Of a stretch of DNA of 36,827 nt, positions 16,693-26,050 are shown piece after piece. The stretch is from a virus (taxonomy: Duplodnaviria; Caudoviricetes). Under the pieces are notes generated by a model, which searched no databases, was not told the DNA's origin, and saw only the letters and a program-made list of their open reading frames with translations. Position numbers and translations under genes: made by a program. The stretch spans positions 1 through 36,827 of IMG/VR virus record IMGVR_UViG_3300025150_000028; one strand, written 5' to 3'. Each line of letters begins with the position of its first letter. Within the stretch, counting starts at the first letter, position 1.

Positions 16693-16943
16693 TCCACATC
16701 ACCATTTTCTTCTCTGGCCACATCTTCCCTAATATCGAGATTCCTACGCCTAAATTCGTCTGCACAATGTTGAGCTGCATAAACGGTGTCGTGAAGAGTT
16801 GAATACCGAACATTTTTGTCTTTCATGAAAGTTTTCATCAATTTATAAATACAATACTCCAACTCGCCCTTGGTTTCTATGAACGGTATTTTATTCAGAT
16901 GATCATCAAATTTCGTTCTCATTGCTTTTTTAATATATGGCAT
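16689..16943 (-). CDS. Phage-type hypothetical protein
   Basis: MPYIK..GELEY..EFRRR..ENGDV pattern. Confidence 0.7.
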   Translation of the reverse strand: MPYIKKAMRTKFDDHLNKIPFIETKGELEYCIYKLMKTFMKDKNVRYSTLHDTVYAAQHCADEFRRRNLDIREDVAREENGDVE

Positions 16944-16950
16944 AATTCAC

Positions 16951-17418
16951 CTATAATTCATATATGTAAACTGAAACGTCTTGTTCACATAAATTTTCAA
17001 TGATTAATTTTTCAATTTCTTCCCATTTTCCCCCTGCTAACCCTGCTCCGATTTTTGGACCAACAACACTTGCCTCATATTTTTTTGCAACAACAGCAAC
17101 CTTTTTCAAACAAGAACCCACTGCGTCATAACGAATAGGAGGAACGCCGTTTGTATATCCCAAACTTTTTTGCCCAATCATATTCGCTACCACTGTCTCT
17201 TTATCAACCTTAACAAATTGAACGTTGCCTAACTTAAAATCATCCTTTTTAAACCATTTAACATAATCATCGTATGCACTCGGCCACTTCTTCCTTATCG
17301 CCAATGCTATGCCAGCACCCATCACACCTAAATCATTACAAACATGAACAATTATCTTTCTACCCTTAACTTCCAATGGATTAAGGGCATCTCCAGAAAA
17401 ATATGTAATTGGCTTCAT
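16951..17418 (-). CDS. Macrodomain protein (ADP-ribose-processing, TARG1/DarG-like)
   Basis: GDA, IVHVCNDLGVMGAGIA, PKIGAGLAGGKW. Confidence 0.9.
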   Translation of the reverse strand: MKPITYFSGDALNPLEVKGRKIIVHVCNDLGVMGAGIALAIRKKWPSAYDDYVKWFKKDDFKLGNVQFVKVDKETVVANMIGQKSLGYTNGVPPIRYDAVGSCLKKVAVVAKKYEASVVGPKIGAGLAGGKWEEIEKLIIENLCEQDVSVYIYEL

Positions 17419-17430
17419 GGCAAAAACATA

Positions 17431-17664
17431 TCAACATTCGTCTAATTCTGGCATCTTTATAAATCGTTCAGTCAATAATTTGCAGTCGCCACATCTCTGC
17501 GTCTTCCTATCAAAACCGTAAAGGTCATTACCAAACAATAAACATTTATAGTTACTAGTCCCATAAATAGACCCTTCTTTGTATTTGTAAGTACATTTCC
17601 CGCAAAGATGGTCATCTTCAGGGCAAATAACTATTTCGTACTTGATATTTTTAACCTTTTTCAT
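17431..17664 (-). CDS. Cys-rich hypothetical protein
   Basis: CGKC, CLLF, RCGDC. Confidence 0.6.
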   Translation of the reverse strand: MKKVKNIKYEIVICPEDDHLCGKCTYKYKEGSIYGTSNYKCLLFGNDLYGFDRKTQRCGDCKLLTERFIKMPELDEC

Positions 17665-17693
17665 GGTTCTTTTCTTCCATTATACAGAAATAA

Positions 17694-17725
17694 TAATGGG
17701 GGCAGAAATAAATCTACCCCCCATT
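17694..17725 (-). terminator. Hairpin/terminator after the Ro60-like gene
   Basis: TAATGGGGGTAGA-TTTATT-TCTGCCCCCATTA followed by TTATTT. Confidence 0.65.
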
Positions 17726-17743
17726 ACTTCACTCTTTCTATAT

Positions 17744-19324
17744 CTAACCCTTCTTAGACTTAGACTTCGAAAGCCTCTTCTTTACGCTTTCTTTTGGTTT
17801 GTCTACGACCTTCTTTGGCTTCTTTGGCTTCGGATTTCCATCAACCTTAGTCGGATCAGTAACCGCATACTTCTCGATTGCCCGATCCAAAATCGCCATA
17901 GGCGTAAAGTCCTTACCACCCAGAACGGCCGACAGCAAAGACGGACTAAAGCCACTAACCATACCAACGTCCTTATGAGTTTTGTCAGACGGAGAGCCAT
18001 CATATGCCGATAGGTTCCAGTATACAATCTTAGGACGACTATATCCAGCCTTCTCCCAAGCCAACATTCCCGCCTCTACCGAAGTCATGTCGTCAACAGT
18101 TCCTTCGTCAAACTGCATATCAGAGATAATCAACAAACAGTTAGGTATCTGATCTTCCTTAGCGTTAAACATCTTTGCAGCATCCAAAATCTGATCCAAT
18201 GCCGCACGAACATTAGTAGGGCCGCACCACCCATCGTTATACTTTTGTGCCGCTATACTAAAAGTATCGTTCTTCCAATCTACAAGTCGGCTAGTAGAAG
18301 AAAATGGAATGAACTTTCTATAGAAAGGATTCTTTGATCCCAATCTATCTGAGCAATACAGACCCAGACTCAACGAAACATCAATGGCTTTTACACTTCC
18401 ACTCACAGGTGTGTCCATTGATCCGCTAAAGTCACAAATGGACATAATTCTCATGTTCGTCCCGTTCATGTAATCAGGTAACGCAGCAAACTGAGCGTTC
18501 GCCAACTCGCTATCCTTGTAATTAGCTCCACTGCCCCTTCTACTAGAAGTAAAACCATGAAACCCTCCGACACGTTCGCTCAAATCTGCATATAGAGTCC
18601 TGAGGACATCATGAGGAAATAGAACGGAAGCGTTCACCTTAACCTCATTACCATCCTCGTCAACACCCTTAGCCAACGCAGCCTTCCACTGACCGAAACG
18701 AGTGCTGTCGTGTTTACCAAAGGCATTGTTGTAGCGAGCCATAGCAACAGATGGAATCTTGTTATAGTCAATCTGTTCCCAGTTCTTCTGACACATAACG
18801 GTTTCCACAACATGCGTATTAGAAACCAGAAGTTTTCTGAAAGTCTTCGGGTCCATCTTCAAGACCTTACGCATCTTGTTAAACACCAGAGGATTCTTGT
18901 CGCCACGAGGACACCACTTAGCCGCCAACTGATGCCCGTCCTGAATCGCTCTTGCCCAGAAATCGAGAGCCAACTTCTCGCAAGGAGTATCAATCAGAGC
19001 CTCCAAGTCATCCCAACGGCCAACCTCAGGAATCCAATGCAAGTTAGCCTCAACCCACTTGCTATCGGTCTTAGCCAACCAGTTTAGAATCTCCCTGAAT
19101 CCGCTTCTGTTTCCAGCACCACCACGGCAATCTCTCAGCCACATCGCCAACTGCATCGCTTTGTAACTGTTCATAACCCAAGCAGGCTTATAGAGTTCCA
19201 GCGCCGTACTCTCTCCACCGTAGTACGTTCCCTTTCCCTTAAACATGGAACCTGCCTTGCTGAAAAACTCCAGCAAGGTGTTGCCTGAATTTTCATACGC
19301 CCAGTCATTATTACCAGTTCTCAT
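17744..19324 (-). CDS. TROVE/Ro60-like protein with vWA domain (DUF2828-like)
   Basis: RDCRGGAG, GRWDD, AAKWCPR, DFSGSM MIDAS motif, IISDMQFD, IVYWNL, VSGFS; AAGGAGG SD before ATG 19324. Confidence 0.85.
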   Translation of the reverse strand: MRTGNNDWAYENSGNTLLEFFSKAGSMFKGKGTYYGGESTALELYKPAWVMNSYKAMQLAMWLRDCRGGAGNRSGFREILNWLAKTDSKWVEANLHWIPEVGRWDDLEALIDTPCEKLALDFWARAIQDGHQLAAKWCPRGDKNPLVFNKMRKVLKMDPKTFRKLLVSNTHVVETVMCQKNWEQIDYNKIPSVAMARYNNAFGKHDSTRFGQWKAALAKGVDEDGNEVKVNASVLFPHDVLRTLYADLSERVGGFHGFTSSRRGSGANYKDSELANAQFAALPDYMNGTNMRIMSICDFSGSMDTPVSGSVKAIDVSLSLGLYCSDRLGSKNPFYRKFIPFSSTSRLVDWKNDTFSIAAQKYNDGWCGPTNVRAALDQILDAAKMFNAKEDQIPNCLLIISDMQFDEGTVDDMTSVEAGMLAWEKAGYSRPKIVYWNLSAYDGSPSDKTHKDVGMVSGFSPSLLSAVLGGKDFTPMAILDRAIEKYAVTDPTKVDGNPKPKKPKKVVDKPKESVKKRLSKSKSKKG

Positions 19325-19361
19325 CGCTGTTCCTCCTTGTTTTATCGTCATTTATCCAAAC

Positions 19362-19392
19362 AAAAAGGCTGATTACCTTTCGATAACCAGCC
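19362..19392 (-). terminator. Terminator between the small RNAs and the Ro60-like gene
   Basis: GGCTGGTTATC-GAAA-GGTAATCAGCC-TTTTT. Confidence 0.8.
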
Positions 19393-19414
19393 CGCACAAA
19401 ATCCTAACTTTGGA

Positions 19415-19481
19415 CTTGAACGGGTTGGCTTTTTTACTTATGTTAGAAGTAGTTTTTTGCTGAACCCAACCGTTTATCAAG
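19415..19481 (-). ncRNA. Y-RNA-like hairpin 1
   Basis: AACGGTTGGGTTCAGCAA ... AGCCAACC-C-GTT, one-base bulge. Confidence 0.6.
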
Positions 19482-19489
19482 CTCTATAA

Positions 19490-19593
19490 AATTCAACAGG
19501 TTGATTCAATTTTATTTTACTGAGTTTTATTCTCGGCCGCCAGTTTCCCAGCGTATCATGTTTATTTGTTGCCGAAACCAACCGTTATGAATT
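19490..19593 (-). ncRNA. Y-RNA-like hairpin 2
   Basis: AACGGTTGGTTTCGGCAA ... AATCAACC-T-GTT; starts at the predicted TSS. Confidence 0.6.
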
Positions 19594-19601
19594 CTGTTAC
19601 A

Positions 19602-19630
19602 ATAATACCCACATATCGTTACAAAGTCAA
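19602..19630 (-). promoter_or_regulatory. Sigma70-type promoter
   Basis: TTGACT-17 nt-TATTAT. Confidence 0.7.
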
Positions 19631-19639
19631 CTCTTATTT

Positions 19640-20353
19640 TTAATTTTCTTTCACTGAACTCTTAAAACTCTCAAAATTAGCTCGAAATTCGCTCATTAAA
19701 TGATTTTTCAATACGGCTCTATAACTGGATTCAGATGAATAAGTTGAACTATATGCCTGTATTTCATCTTCCATTACGTTTTTACAATATCCAAGTAAGG
19801 TCAGAGTTTCAAACATAACCTTCTTTTCTTGTTCTTCTAAATTTTTAGCTATCTTTTTGCAGCTTCTCTTATATTCTGGATAGAAACGATAAAAAGAGTG
19901 GGCTAATTCGTGACTAATAACGTTCTGAAGATCACTCGAATTCTTATGAACGCCAATAATGTAAATTTTATCTGCATTTTCAAAATTTATTTCCATTTTT
20001 TCTTTAGTCATCAGTTTTCCAACCAATCCAATAAAATGCTTCTCTCTTTCCCTAAGGTGATCTCTATTTTCACCACATTTTGAAATCCACTTTTTCAAAA
20101 CGTCTCCCGGGATATTAAAGCCATTCCACATCGACGGATAACTAAAATTACCACAATGACTTAGACTCCAATAATCCATAAACTCTTCCAAGGTAAAATA
20201 CTTATTTCTAAATTTGGGACTCTCATAAAATTCCTGAATGCGAACAAGCGACATACAAAGTTCATATTGAGTTGGATAAGTAAGGAGATAAACATGAGGA
20301 AAAATAATTTGCGATTTTACTTTCATATCAAACCTCCATTCCATAGACGGCAT
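19640..20353 (-). CDS. Hypothetical protein with HExxH motif
   Basis: RIQEFYESP, WNGFNIP, SHELAH, DEIQAY. Confidence 0.7.
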   Translation of the reverse strand: MPSMEWRFDMKVKSQIIFPHVYLLTYPTQYELCMSLVRIQEFYESPKFRNKYFTLEEFMDYWSLSHCGNFSYPSMWNGFNIPGDVLKKWISKCGENRDHLREREKHFIGLVGKLMTKEKMEINFENADKIYIIGVHKNSSDLQNVISHELAHSFYRFYPEYKRSCKKIAKNLEEQEKKVMFETLTLLGYCKNVMEDEIQAYSSTYSSESSYRAVLKNHLMSEFRANFESFKSSVKEN

Positions 20354-20399
20354 TCATTGATTTCTTAATGTTAGTTATAGTGGACTTCAAATCCCTTTA

Positions 20400-22289
20400 T
20401 TACCCAATCAATTTATTTTTAAGTTCAATGTATCTTTCCGTATAAGTAATCCCAACTTGCGCTTCCCTGTGATCGAAACCGAAAGCTCTTCTACTTACGG
20501 CAACAACTGGAGGAGCCTGAATTCTTTTAGCAACAGCAAGTCCCTGATAGCAGTTCCACCATCTTTCCAAATCATCTACAAACTTCTTCTCGTCATAATC
20601 AAAAAGATACATGATACTTGCCTTGTTGAACCATCCAAGCTCTTTTTCTAATGTTCCAAAACCGGCCAATGTCCAACTTAAAATATCTTCAGGAGTTACC
20701 CTGTTCCATCTTTCAACCCAAGACGAAAAAAGTAGGTCATGATAAGCATAATTTAAAGGGTCTCCCTTACCCTTTGTTACGTCTTGCTTATCGCTTAATT
20801 CGGCAGACGGAACAACATTAATGCTTTCTTCGGGAATAACATTTTTTACGTTCACATTAAACCATTTTGCCATTTCGTAAACCTGAGTCTTCCAAAGATC
20901 GGCAATAGGAGCAAGAAATCCACCTAAATCTCCATACATTGTCGTATAACCAACTGTCATTTCGGATTTATTGGCGTTACAAGTAAAAACACCACCAAAC
21001 CAAGCCGCCCAAGCCGAAAGAATTCTGCTTGATCTGTCTCTCGCCTGAACATTTTCCATCATAAAAGAAGTAAGTCCGGGAGGATTGTTTTTATACACGC
21101 CATCTTTCGAACTATAATCAAAGATATTATTTGCATCTATCTGTTCGTTGGTTAGATTTACACTTTTTTCAATTTGAGTAACCGCATATTTACAACTCAA
21201 ATTTTTAGCAAGCTGAGACGCGGCATTCTTTGTTAAATCAGAATTGAATTTACTAGGCATATTAACAAGTAAGATATTTCTAGGAGGAAGTATCTCACTC
21301 ATAATCACAGCAACAAGAGCCGAATCAATACCTCCAGATGCCCCAACGACTACTTTATCAATCCCAAATCTTTCCATAAACTTTTTGGTCGTATACTTAA
21401 CTGCTTCATAGATCTTGCCAATATCGTCTTTAAACTCAACGGAATCACCGAAACAACAATTGGTATTAATTTCTATGGTTTCAGCTAACTCAACAAAAGG
21501 CTTTCCAATATTTAATTGCAGTCCGCTCGAATCATAAATACAGCTTTCGCCATCAAAACTATAAATAGTCTTTCCATTATCCTGAATGCCAACACAATTC
21601 ACATAAACCATCGGAATATTATATCTAATAGACTTGTCTTGAAACACTCTGTTCCTTTTACTGTTTTTTCCTGCCGTAAAAGGAGAACAGGAAATATTAA
21701 CAATAATGTCAGACTTGGGAGCGAGTATTTTAATGGGTGAAATAGTATAGTCGGTGTCCCATGCATCTTCGCACAAAATACATCCAACCCTTAATCCATT
21801 CCCCAATTTGTAAGGGGCATAACCATCAGAGTTATCAGTGCGTTCGTCCTGAATAAGTTTGCGATAGCTATAGAAATGACGATTATCCTCGAACTCTCTG
21901 TATTCCGGCATCAGTGTTTTCTTAGTTGTAAAATCATAATTCGTATTAGTGTTAAACAATCCATTCTCGGCCACAAAACAGGCATTATATTTCCTAACTC
22001 TACCGTCCTCGTTCTTAAGCTTCCAATCAACATCGACATTACCGAATATAACCACAATACCTTCTGCCGACTCTTTTATACGGTCTCCCTGACTAACACA
22101 ATCCCTAAGGAAAGATTCTCGCTCCCACATATCTCCAATCATGTAACCGGGAATGGCCATCTCGGGAAACACAATTATCTGAGCGCCATCTTCCTTAGCT
22201 CCTTCAATCATTTTAAGCATTTTGTCGGCATTCTTCTTGGGAAAGCCGGGTTTAACTTCCATCTGTGCTAAACAAATTTTTGTTTTCAT
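20400..22289 (-). CDS. nadE: Glutamine-dependent NAD+ synthetase
   Basis: N-terminal nitrilase domain (VFPEM, K, LCEDAW); SGGIDS, ENVQARDR, NKSE, GYTTMYGD, PSAEL; likely start MKTKICLAQ. Confidence 0.95.
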   Translation of the reverse strand: MKTKICLAQMEVKPGFPKKNADKMLKMIEGAKEDGAQIIVFPEMAIPGYMIGDMWERESFLRDCVSQGDRIKESAEGIVVIFGNVDVDWKLKNEDGRVRKYNACFVAENGLFNTNTNYDFTTKKTLMPEYREFEDNRHFYSYRKLIQDERTDNSDGYAPYKLGNGLRVGCILCEDAWDTDYTISPIKILAPKSDIIVNISCSPFTAGKNSKRNRVFQDKSIRYNIPMVYVNCVGIQDNGKTIYSFDGESCIYDSSGLQLNIGKPFVELAETIEINTNCCFGDSVEFKDDIGKIYEAVKYTTKKFMERFGIDKVVVGASGGIDSALVAVIMSEILPPRNILLVNMPSKFNSDLTKNAASQLAKNLSCKYAVTQIEKSVNLTNEQIDANNIFDYSSKDGVYKNNPPGLTSFMMENVQARDRSSRILSAWAAWFGGVFTCNANKSEMTVGYTTMYGDLGGFLAPIADLWKTQVYEMAKWFNVNVKNVIPEESINVVPSAELSDKQDVTKGKGDPLNYAYHDLLFSSWVERWNRVTPEDILSWTLAGFGTLEKELGWFNKASIMYLFDYDEKKFVDDLERWWNCYQGLAVAKRIQAPPVVAVSRRAFGFDHREAQVGITYTERYIELKNKLIG

Positions 22290-22353
22290 GTCAATATCCA
22301 ATCCAATCTTGATAATATTGTATAGAAATAGAGAAAGAATGCAAGAATAAAAA

Positions 22354-22737
22354 CTATCTATTTTTATATCTTGCACATGTGGATTCAACATCGATTCTTA
22401 GAAAAAGTTCGATGTTATAAGATCGATCATCCAAATAGAAATCGGCAAAAATTTTACGAGTAGAAAATTCCTCACCTTCAGCCATCCTGTCAGCCATATA
22501 TTTTACCTGTGAGGGAGTGTTTTGATTTATGGAATCAAACTCCAAACCAACTTCTTTACACCTAACTAAAGCTTCCTTCAAAGAGATGCCTTCCCGACAA
22601 GTCCATAAGGCGATTTCGGCCCCATTTTTCCTGAAGAGCTTAACCTTGTCAATAACATCTTGTTTGGGATCACCCTTTTCCGGCCAACTGCCCTCAAACA
22701 ATGTTCCGTCATAGTCTACGCTGAGTATAAATGACAT
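22354..22737 (-). CDS. Small HAD-superfamily hydrolase
   Basis: VDYDGTL, WTCR, KIFADFYLDDR. Confidence 0.85.
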   Translation of the reverse strand: MSFILSVDYDGTLFEGSWPEKGDPKQDVIDKVKLFRKNGAEIALWTCREGISLKEALVRCKEVGLEFDSINQNTPSQVKYMADRMAEGEEFSTRKIFADFYLDDRSYNIELFLRIDVESTCARYKNR

Positions 22738-22750
22738 AATATGTTTCCGC

Positions 22751-23245
22751 TTATGTCTTGCTATCTGCTACAGAGGATGCAGCCCATGCATCCGGCTTAA
22801 CCAAGGCTCGAAATCCTTGGCTAGCTACCAATCCAATTAACTCGTCCTTATACTGACCGGACTTAAACTTTAGACTCTGGTTAACATCCAAATGAATACC
22901 AATAACATTCTCCATTGGTATATGCTGAGTCAACCACCAACCAACCTCTAAAGACCTCATTGCCTCCATAAGCAATCTCTGCCTCAAAGAATCCATATAA
23001 GGTACAGAATCCCGGTGCAATACAACAGAACCACCCATTTTCATCCTATATGCAATAAGAACAGAAGTAAAAAGACAAATTCTCTTCTTAGAATAGTTTT
23101 GGCTATCCGTCCCAATAAAAAACAAATTATCTTTATTTTTAGACTTAATAAATTCTAAAATATCAACTTTGTTCTTCCCGTCATAAGATCTCCAAGCCCA
23201 CTCGTCAAAAGGCTTGTATCCATATCTTCCCTGCGAGTTCTTCAT
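22751..23245 (-). CDS. RNase H-like YkuK (DUF458) family protein
   Basis: IGTDSQ, RLLME, IHLDVN, KPDAWAASSVAD. Confidence 0.8.
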   Translation of the reverse strand: MKNSQGRYGYKPFDEWAWRSYDGKNKVDILEFIKSKNKDNLFFIGTDSQNYSKKRICLFTSVLIAYRMKMGGSVVLHRDSVPYMDSLRQRLLMEAMRSLEVGWWLTQHIPMENVIGIHLDVNQSLKFKSGQYKDELIGLVASQGFRALVKPDAWAASSVADSKT

Positions 23246-23289
23246 TATAACCTACCTTCCTACTTACTTATCTACCTCTAGCAAAACCA

Positions 23290-23490
23290 ACTTACATGCC
23301 AATATCTAAACCATATTCCAACCACGCTCAGTTGGGCAAATACGGGTATCATTCTAGCCTACGAGTTCCGGCGTCCTCAAAATCGTCCCGCATCGCTGAA
23401 GTCTTTAACCGCTTCATTGTAACGGTGCGATTATCTGCCCAACAATTGTCCACATGTTACGTACCCTCCGCTCCAATAACGCCCCCCCCT
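23290..23490 (-). ncRNA. Candidate structured RNA (GC-rich intergenic region)
   Basis: GTTGGGCAGATA/TATTTGCCCAAC 12-bp stem enclosing CGCACCG..CGATGCG and TGAAG/CTTCA. Confidence 0.45.
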
Positions 23491-24077
23491 TATGACCACA
23501 TATATTCTCTCAAATCAACAGCCATCTTCATATATTTTTTTTCTTCGTTAATCAGTTTATTTTTCAATTCATCATAACGGTCTAAAAGCCTATTTTCCTC
23601 TATAACCTCGCCTTCTGTCATAGTCCTTTTCTTACTAAAAAAATCGTCCGGTTTTTCTCTCAAAAGACTATTATATGTCGCCCAATCGTCAAGCGCTTTT
23701 TCAATTTCGTCTTCTCTTTTGGCATAATTCTTCCACCATTTATAAACTTCAATAATCTTATCGTCATTGGCAAACTGGTCTTCCAAACATTCACAATAAT
23801 CATCCCTGTAGTCTTCCGTGTCCTCTTCCCTTATTCTCTTAAACTCTTTGTCTCTATCTTCCTGACTCCAAATTCTCATGTCGTTCTCAACAAACCATTC
23901 AACTAAACCCATCACAGCATAAAGCATCCTTATATTCGTATCATACCAAGGACTAGGAGGCAATTTTGTCCTTACAATATGAAACTTATGCCCAAAAAAA
24001 CGATACCAAATAGGCTCAAAAATACTGTTTCTAAACCAATTACGAAACGCCCAATATTTTTTTGATAATTTATTCAT
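23490..24077 (-). CDS. Hypothetical protein
   Basis: 195-aa Trp-rich ORF. Confidence 0.75.
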   Translation of the reverse strand: MNKLSKKYWAFRNWFRNSIFEPIWYRFFGHKFHIVRTKLPPSPWYDTNIRMLYAVMGLVEWFVENDMRIWSQEDRDKEFKRIREEDTEDYRDDYCECLEDQFANDDKIIEVYKWWKNYAKREDEIEKALDDWATYNSLLREKPDDFFSKKRTMTEGEVIEENRLLDRYDELKNKLINEEKKYMKMAVDLREYMWS

Positions 24078-24128
24078 GAATATATCCTACCACATTTATT
24101 ACAAAAATCAAGCACAACCTTTAACTAT

Positions 24129-24521
24129 TTACCACCATAAGTCTCTAAAATGCTCGGCAAATAACTTCATCCCCTCAGTGTACTTATCCCAATTTTCTTT
24201 CTTCTCTTCTACAGTCAACTTATCGTAATCTCCAGACATGTCATCATCAATTTTTGTCCACTCTAAAGCAAATATAATCTTGTCTAAAATCTTCTCCCAC
24301 TCCTTCTCATTAGCCAAATTAGCCGGATAACCATTAGCAACCATCTTAAATCTCTTTAATCTAGGCAAAATAAATTCAACAATAACACTATAAAGAGACC
24401 AAGTTTCAGTATCACTAAAACCACACTCCTTTAACATTTTTAGATGCTTACTATAACGCTTGTCTTTTTTAGTGATATAAAGAGGCGATTTAACCGACCA
24501 CTTGCTCGTTAGCTTTTTCAT
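24129..24521 (-). CDS. Hypothetical protein
   Basis: 130-aa ORF with AGGAG SD. Confidence 0.75.
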   Translation of the reverse strand: MKKLTSKWSVKSPLYITKKDKRYSKHLKMLKECGFSDTETWSLYSVIVEFILPRLKRFKMVANGYPANLANEKEWEKILDKIIFALEWTKIDDDMSGDYDKLTVEEKKENWDKYTEGMKLFAEHFRDLWW

Positions 24522-24540
24522 TGTTTACTCCTGTTTAAGA

Positions 24541-24635
24541 TGGCAGAGCGAGTGAGATTTGAACTCACGGGTGAACTTTAAAGGCCCACCAATCGATTTC
24601 CAGTCGATCCCTTTCGGCCACTCAGGCATCGCTCT
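24541..24635 (-). tRNA. tRNA-Ser(GGA)
   Basis: ATCGA-CTGGAAA-TCGAT; long V arm; G-CCA. Confidence 0.92.
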
Positions 24636-24665
24636 ATTAAGTCCTGTGAAAAATATAAAATTTAC

Positions 24666-24754
24666 TGGCGGAGGCACTGAGGATCGAACTCAGATGTCCA
24701 CTTAAGGACGCCGCTTTAGCAGAGCGGTCCCTTACCAATTCGGGCCATACCTCC
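24666..24754 (-). tRNA. tRNA-Ser(GCT)
   Basis: CCGCT-CTGCTAA-AGCGG; long V arm; G-CCA. Confidence 0.92.
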
Positions 24755-24762
24755 ATTAAATC

Positions 24763-24857
24763 TGGAAGAGGGTGAGGGATTTGAACCCCCGCATGACGTT
24801 TTAAGCGCCATGTTCCGATTTCAAGTCGGATGCTTTTAGCCACTCAGCCAACCCTCT
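24763..24857 (-). tRNA. tRNA-Ser(TGA)
   Basis: TCCGA-CTTGAAA-TCGGA; long V arm; T-CCA. Confidence 0.92.
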
Positions 24858-25056
24858 AATTTCTCCAACCATCTTCCAAAATATCTTCTTTTAATCTCTT
24901 GGCTTGATTTGCCTTTTTCTTTTTACACCCCCAACAAATATCTCCCTTGTCTCCATAAATTTCCGCGTATTCAGCATAACTTAGGTCTTCGTCAATCATT
25001 GTTCTACAAACATCGCAAATTACTGCCCCGTCTCCATCATTAAATTTGTATGCCAT
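24856..25056 (-). CDS. Small zinc-finger hypothetical protein
   Basis: FNDGDGAVICDVC..CWGC; AAGGAG SD. Confidence 0.7.
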   Translation of the reverse strand: MAYKFNDGDGAVICDVCRTMIDEDLSYAEYAEIYGDKGDICWGCKKKKANQAKRLKEDILEDGWRN

Positions 25057-25073
25057 AACACTCCTTAAAATAT

Positions 25074-25166
25074 TGGCGGAGGGTGAGGAGTCTGAGTCCC
25101 CAAGACCTTTTTAGGGGTCTCCGCTTTTCGAGAGCGGTGCAATTTTTCCATTTCTGCCAACCCTCC
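25074..25166 (-). tRNA. tRNA-Ser(CGA)
   Basis: CCGCT-CTCGAAA-AGCGG; atypical T-loop CTCAGAC; G-CCA. Confidence 0.85.
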
Positions 25167-25179
25167 ATAAAAAAATTTT

Positions 25180-25503
25180 TTAACTTTCCGTTACATTCCA
25201 TTTCTTGTCATATGCTTCTTTATTTACTCCAGCCTTTTTCAAATCTTCTGCAAACCATTCCCAATCTCTCTCGCAAAGCTGACCCTCATCTGCCGCCCAT
25301 TGCCAACTCCACTCTTTTAGCCCACACATCAACATTTCTTGTCCCAAATAAACCATCCTGCGACTTTTGTGATAATCCTCAACAGCTTTATTTATCGCCT
25401 CTTCATCGTTTTTCTTGTGAGCCTCTAGAATTTCGCCAACAGCTTCGTCAACACATATATCTATATCGTGAACTACAAACTCCAACCAAGACGCAGTACG
25501 CAT
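25180..25503 (-). CDS. Hypothetical protein
   Basis: 107-aa ORF with AAGGAG SD. Confidence 0.7.
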   Translation of the reverse strand: MRTASWLEFVVHDIDICVDEAVGEILEAHKKNDEEAINKAVEDYHKSRRMVYLGQEMLMCGLKEWSWQWAADEGQLCERDWEWFAEDLKKAGVNKEAYDKKWNVTES

Positions 25504-25519
25504 AATTACTCCTTAAATA

Positions 25520-26030
25520 TGGTGCCGGAGGCGGGATTTGAACCCACACACCCTTTCGGATAACAGATTTTACTTACCACTATAGCTTTCACTACCCGTT
25601 CGCTCGTCGCTACTAAGTTTGTGGTCTGGACTATGCCTTTACCATATTAAATAAGGGGACATCATATAACCTTTTGGCTTCATCTCATATGACTTTTTGC
25701 TAGTAGTCCGACTAAAGGTTTATAAGCCACATTGCCCTTTCGTCTTTCACTAACTTTGCCTTATTTAATTTAGGTAGCTGATTATAGTCTCTACACCTTC
25801 CCGAACTTGATAGATAATTCCACCCCTCTCTATCAGCACATTGGGTAGCCGTTGTCTTTCCAACTGTCATCGGGCTTGGCTCGGCGTTGGGGACATATGT
25901 TTACAGATTGCCAACCCTTTTGAGGTTAGTCATTGTTACCCGTTCACCGAATTTACAGCTTACTAACACACTATTTCTAGTATGCCGACCCCTACGAGTC
26001 TGTTGCGGCTGCCAATTACGCCACTCCGGC
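25520..26030 (-). tRNA. tRNA-Leu(TAA) interrupted by a group I intron
   Basis: 5' exon ends ACAGA-CT (25997-26030); 3' exon starts TAA-AA-TCTGT (25520-25572). Confidence 0.9.
25573..25996 (-). ncRNA. Group I intron (IC3-like), 424 nt, no ORF
   Basis: P1 GACTC-GTAG-GGGTC with U.G at the splice site; AAATTCGGTGAA, AACGCCGAGCCAAG, GTAGAGACTA, AAGGCATAGTCC; terminal G. Confidence 0.9.
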
Positions 26031-26050
26031 AATTTACTATCAAAGAACAT

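Noticed and set aside
17642-19463. Plus-strand ORFs antisense to the TROVE-like gene and similar shadow ORFs elsewhere
   Set aside because: Antisense shadows of well-supported minus-strand genes
23360-23490. tmRNA (GGGGGCG start, GGACG near the end)
   Set aside because: No TTCGAC after the 5' stem, no T arm or CCA end, no tag reading frame found
24637-24843. Track ORFs over tRNA genes (also 3339..3539, 7385..7570, 25083..25505, 26050..26235, 27232..27444)
   Set aside because: Explained by tRNA sequence; no SD or protein features
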